Below are positions 60,565-64,000 of a stretch of 64,000 bases of DNA, piece after piece. How positions within the stretch are numbered: the first letter of the stretch is position 1; each line of letters starts with the position of its first letter. The stretch is taken from positions 2,656,001-2,720,000 of the forward strand of contig OZ252100.1 of the NCBI GenBank assembly GCA_965248435.1. Direction: 5' to 3'. The position numbers and the translations under genes are program-made. The notes under the pieces were generated by a model. That model saw only the letters and a program-made list of their open reading frames with translations, was not told the DNA's origin and made no database searches. The DNA comes from Candidatus Latescibacterota bacterium (GTDB taxonomy: Bacteria; Latescibacterota; UBA2968; GCA-2709665).

Positions 60565-61998
60565 ATGACGGACAGCACATTGGCAACAGGGATGAACCGG
60601 GTCGTCCGCTTCCCGGCGTTTCAGGGACAGATCGGCGTCGCCCGTGAGGAAATCACCCCTCCAGCCGGAATCTACTGGCGGCTCTGGGGTGCGGCACAAC
60701 ACGACCTCGCGGAGGGCGTCCATCGGCCGCTGTGGCTGACGGCGATGACCCTGCAGACCGGTCCCGGATGCGATCCGTTTGTCCTGGTCGATTCGGACCT
60801 GATCTGCCTAAGGGACCAGAAGGACGTCGATGAGTTCGTGCCGGATGTTCTGGACGAACTCTCTATCAAACCTGCCCACTTCATCATGTCCTTCGGGCAT
60901 AGCCACGCCTCCCAATACCTGTCCGCCAAAGTAGAGCCTGGATGGCCCGGAGGCGAGTTGATCGAGCCCTACTGGCGGCAGGTCCGTCAAGCGCTCTGCG
61001 ACGCCACACGACATGCGCTGGCCGAAGCCGTTCCGGCAACCTTGACCTGGCATACGGGCCGCTGCAACCTGGCAAAGAACCGCGATCTGATGGACACGCA
61101 GTCTGGAAGAGATCGGCTGGTGTGCGGCTTCAACCCTGAGGTTCCGGCAGACGACACGGTCGTCGTCGGCCGTGTCACCGATGCGAGTGACAGGATCATC
61201 GCCTCGATCGTCAACTACGCCTGCCATCCGACCACGCTGGCCTGGGAGAACAGGCTCGTCTCACCCGACTACATCGGCGCCATGCGTGAGACGATCGAAA
61301 AGGAGACGGGCGGGGCCCCGTCGCTGTTCCTGCAGGGCGCCTCGGGAGAGCTGGCGCCGCGCTATCAATACGTCGGCGATCCTGAGGTGGCCGACGCGAA
61401 CGGCAGACATCTCGGCTACGCCGCCCTCGCGGCCCTGGCCGACATGGAACCGCCCCGGACGGAGCTCGTCTTCGATCGCATCGCGGAATCGGGCGCGCCC
61501 CTGGCGGTCTGGAAGCGGCAGGCGACAACGTGCAGCAATACGCTTCGAGCGGACACGACGACCGTCGATCTTCCACTGAAAGATTGGCCCCCGGCGGCGG
61601 CTCTCGATAAGGAGTACCGAACGACGAAGGATCGGGCCCTGCAGGAGCGGCTGCGCCGGAAGCGGGACATCCGACTCGTCATCGGAGACGGCGACACCTA
61701 CCCGCTGCCGATCTGGGTCTGGCAGGTCGGTGACGCGATCCTGGCCGGCTGCCTCGTCGAGGCCTACTCGCAGCTGCAGATCGACCTGCGCCGTCGTTTC
61801 CCAGAGAACCCCGTCCTGTTCGTCGGGCTCGTAAACGGCTGCATCGGCTACGCACCCCCAGCAGAGCTCTACGACACGGAGGTCTATCAGGTCTGGCAAA
61901 CCCCCTTCGACAGAGGCAGCCTCGAGACGCTCACCGAGGCCTTTACTAACGCTATCGAGTCACTCTTGGCCATGCCTCACGATTCAGCTGCGAAATAG
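60565..61998 (+). CDS. Neutral/alkaline ceramidase-like hypothetical hydrolase
   Basis: ITPP, HSHA, NYACHPT, SPDYIG, FLQGASG motifs. Confidence 0.75.
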   Translation: MTDSTLATGMNRVVRFPAFQGQIGVAREEITPPAGIYWRLWGAAQHDLAEGVHRPLWLTAMTLQTGPGCDPFVLVDSDLICLRDQKDVDEFVPDVLDELSIKPAHFIMSFGHSHASQYLSAKVEPGWPGGELIEPYWRQVRQALCDATRHALAEAVPATLTWHTGRCNLAKNRDLMDTQSGRDRLVCGFNPEVPADDTVVVGRVTDASDRIIASIVNYACHPTTLAWENRLVSPDYIGAMRETIEKETGGAPSLFLQGASGELAPRYQYVGDPEVADANGRHLGYAALAALADMEPPRTELVFDRIAESGAPLAVWKRQATTCSNTLRADTTTVDLPLKDWPPAAALDKEYRTTKDRALQERLRRKRDIRLVIGDGDTYPLPIWVWQVGDAILAGCLVEAYSQLQIDLRRRFPENPVLFVGLVNGCIGYAPPAELYDTEVYQVWQTPFDRGSLETLTEAFTNAIESLLAMPHDSAAK

Positions 61999-62032
61999 AA
62001 GGAGCCGCAACGTTAGTCCATCAAATGTCGAT

Positions 62033-62062
62033 GCCCCTGAGGATCAACCTCCGGGGCCTTTC
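62033..62062 (+). terminator. Probable terminator
   Basis: GCCCC.GAGG-loop-CCTC.GGGGC followed by CTTT. Confidence 0.5.
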
Positions 62063-62204
62063 ATGCTTCGCAGGACGATCGGTAGTGATCAAGGTCTACG
62101 TTGTTTCCAGCAAAAACAGGCCTAAATTGCCTGTTACCTTTTCTTGTAGATCGCATCTAAATCAGTGACCGCCGACATCAGCAGATTGCCAACGGGGATG
62201 CGCA

Positions 62205-62759
62205 GTGGAAACACAAGCCGATCTTACGCTGATTGTTGCCTGCCAAAACGGAGACCCCAGAGCCTTCCAGAAAGTCTTCGACATCTACAAGGACAGGATC
62301 TACGCGCTTTGCAGGCACATGGCGGGAAACCCCGACGACGCTGAGGACCTGGCTCAGGAGGTCTTCATCTCCGCGTTCAAGAACATCGGCACCTTCAGGG
62401 CCGAGGCCTCCTTCGGCACCTGGCTCTACCGTATCGGCGCCAACCGATGCCTCACCGAGCTCAGAAAACGCACCCCAACCTTTCGGTCTTTCGAAGCCCT
62501 GAGTGACGTGGAGAAGTTGCCTCACGCACCCAACCCGGAAGACCTCGTCGTGCGCAAGGAACTCTCTGACCGAGTGGAGGCCGCCGTGGCCGCGCTGCCC
62601 GAAAACCTGCGGCTCCTCTTTGTGCTCGGTACGCTCGAAGGCATGCGCTACAAGGAAATCGCCGAAATCGTCGACTGTTCTGAAGACGCCGTGAAGATGC
62701 GCATCCATCGCGCGCGTAAGCGGATCCGCGACACCCTCAAGCCTTACTTAGAGAATTGA
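62205..62759 (+). CDS. ECF (group 4) RNA polymerase sigma factor
   Basis: DAEDLAQEVF, F.TWLYRI..N; region 4 Y.EIAEI......VK.RIHRAR. Confidence 0.93.
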   Translation: METQADLTLIVACQNGDPRAFQKVFDIYKDRIYALCRHMAGNPDDAEDLAQEVFISAFKNIGTFRAEASFGTWLYRIGANRCLTELRKRTPTFRSFEALSDVEKLPHAPNPEDLVVRKELSDRVEAAVAALPENLRLLFVLGTLEGMRYKEIAEIVDCSEDAVKMRIHRARKRIRDTLKPYLEN

Positions 62760-62773
62760 AGGGAACCCAACCG

Positions 62774-63202
62774 ATGAACTGCTCTACCTGTGAACGCATC
62801 CTGTCGGCCTACATCGACGACGAACTCACGAACGAGGCGCGTCTCGAAGTGGAAGCCCACTTCGACACCTGCGAGCGCTGCCGCAAGGACTATGAATCCC
62901 ACCTGCTGGCCTGGGAAGCGGCCGGAGGCCTTCGCACGGGATCCGCACCCGAAGGCCTGTGGAGGGCCGTCGAGTCCGAGGTCCAGCAAAAGGGCACAGC
63001 CACCACGACCGAAGAACTGGCGCTCGTTGTCCGTGGCCTGGCAGGGGAGGTGCGCGACCTGAAGCAGGCGGTGGAATCTCTGCGCGCGGACCTGGAATCG
63101 GAACTGACGGAGGCACAGGAAGGCGATTCTGAGCGCGTCCGCCGGTTTCATCAATTGAGAGTCTGGAGCGAAACACCTTCCAGGGTCGAATCCGCAAGAT
63201 AG
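62774..63202 (+). CDS. Zinc-binding anti-sigma factor (zf-HC2), soluble, with C-terminal coiled coil
   Basis: MNC...LSAYIDDEL...HFDTCERC (HxxxCxxC); no TM helix. Confidence 0.85.
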   Translation: MNCSTCERILSAYIDDELTNEARLEVEAHFDTCERCRKDYESHLLAWEAAGGLRTGSAPEGLWRAVESEVQQKGTATTTEELALVVRGLAGEVRDLKQAVESLRADLESELTEAQEGDSERVRRFHQLRVWSETPSRVESAR

Positions 63203-63259
63203 AGATACAAGACCTGAGATGCCAGGTGAGGTCTATCGGAATAGTTAGAGGAGACTGAC

Positions 63260-64000
63260 ATGGCAGAATCGAAAACAAAGGAAGAGGCTAGCGGGGACGA
63301 GACTCCAAAGGAGCGGATTGTCACTTACGACTTCAAACACCCTGCCCGGGTCTCAAAAGATCAAATGAGGACCCTGGAGAATCTGCATTCCAACCTGGCG
63401 CGGATGATGTCCTCCTCCTTTTCCACGTTCCATCGCTCCATGGTGGATGTAGACATCAAGTTCGTAGACCAGACAACCTACGCAGAATTCATCATGTGGC
63501 TCTCCAATCCCTCTTGTTCATACACGTTTGTGCTCGAGCCCCTGGGCGGGCCCGCCATCATCGACATACCAATGGGGATGGTTTCCGCGTTTATCGATCG
63601 TCAGTTCGGGGGGACGGACGATCCGCCGCCCATGCCGCGCGTCGTGACCACCATCGAACGAATCATCATGGCTCAGGTCATCAGAAGAATGATGGCCGAC
63701 CTGGAAGCCACGTGGGAACCGTTGATCAAGACTCAGGTGTCCAATGCGGAGCTGGAGACCAACCCGGAATTCATGCAGGTGGCGGCGCCTGGAGACACGG
63801 TGGTCCTTATTGCATTTGAGGTAAACTTCGCCGAGGTTGACGCTGCAGATCGGAAACCGGGCACGCATCGGATCAGCAGAGGCAACCGGCAGCTTTGGCC
63901 TAAAGATGATGAACGCCAACGAGTGATCAGCCTCTGCTATCCTTACTTCACTCTTGAACCGATAATGAACTATCTGAACGTGCAGACGTGGGCCGGGCGG
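63260..64000 (+). CDS. fliM: FliM-like protein (runs off the window end)
   Basis: My translation gives YDFKHPARVSKDQMRTLENLH, VDQTTYAEFI, T.IE..I, ETNPEFMQV, LCYPYFTLEP; GAGGAG RBS; not in the ORF track because there is no stop in the window. Confidence 0.85.
   Translation, partial: MAESKTKEEASGDETPKERIVTYDFKHPARVSKDQMRTLENLHSNLARMMSSSFSTFHRSMVDVDIKFVDQTTYAEFIMWLSNPSCSYTFVLEPLGGPAIIDIPMGMVSAFIDRQFGGTDDPPPMPRVVTTIERIIMAQVIRRMMADLEATWEPLIKTQVSNAELETNPEFMQVAAPGDTVVLIAFEVNFAEVDAADRKPGTHRISRGNRQLWPKDDERQRVISLCYPYFTLEPIMNYLNVQTWAGR

Noticed and set aside
62132-62160. Autoregulatory ECF promoter (TGTTACC...GCATCTA)
   Set aside because: The position is plausible but the match is too weak to support without a group-specific motif.

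Overview
This is a GC-rich bacterial chromosomal segment with about 60 genes. I saw no rRNA, tRNA, CRISPR array, integrase or transposase. The gene mix (PhyH dioxygenases, Gfo/Idh/MocA, DUF2961, FG-GAP, orphan FliM/MotA-like genes) resembles uncultured lineages such as Latescibacterota or Poribacteria; that is an impression, not a tested assignment. Recognisable genes are thiI, ino1 with a divergent LysR regulator, a hddA/epimerase/GT2/GT-C glycosylation operon, ribH, astAB, polB, sthA, a fetAB-like ABC pair and an ECF sigma/anti-sigma pair. Most notable: (i) polB heads a same-strand run of three consecutive tandem gene pairs (beta-propeller x2, GT-C+TPR x2, an unknown 235-aa protein x2 at about 88% identity preceded by a TGCGA-N6-TCGCA palindrome); (ii) flagellar motor parts that look repurposed: a FliM lacking the CheY-binding N-terminus behind an ECF sigma/soluble anti-sigma, and a MotA-like protein lacking its cytoplasmic domain; (iii) an AT-rich islet with an HTH-pentapeptide-repeat fusion, flanked by two hairpins sharing the loop AGCTTGSCGGC; (iv) a GGTACCCG-based intergenic repeat found only downstream of minus-strand genes, plus GTAG-type REPs; (v) an unannotated 44-aa membrane peptide gene with a CRP-like site and its own terminator; (vi) two pseudogenes (an internally deleted C45 peptidase and a P450 C-terminal remnant). 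All calls come from reading the sequence by eye; no database searches were run.
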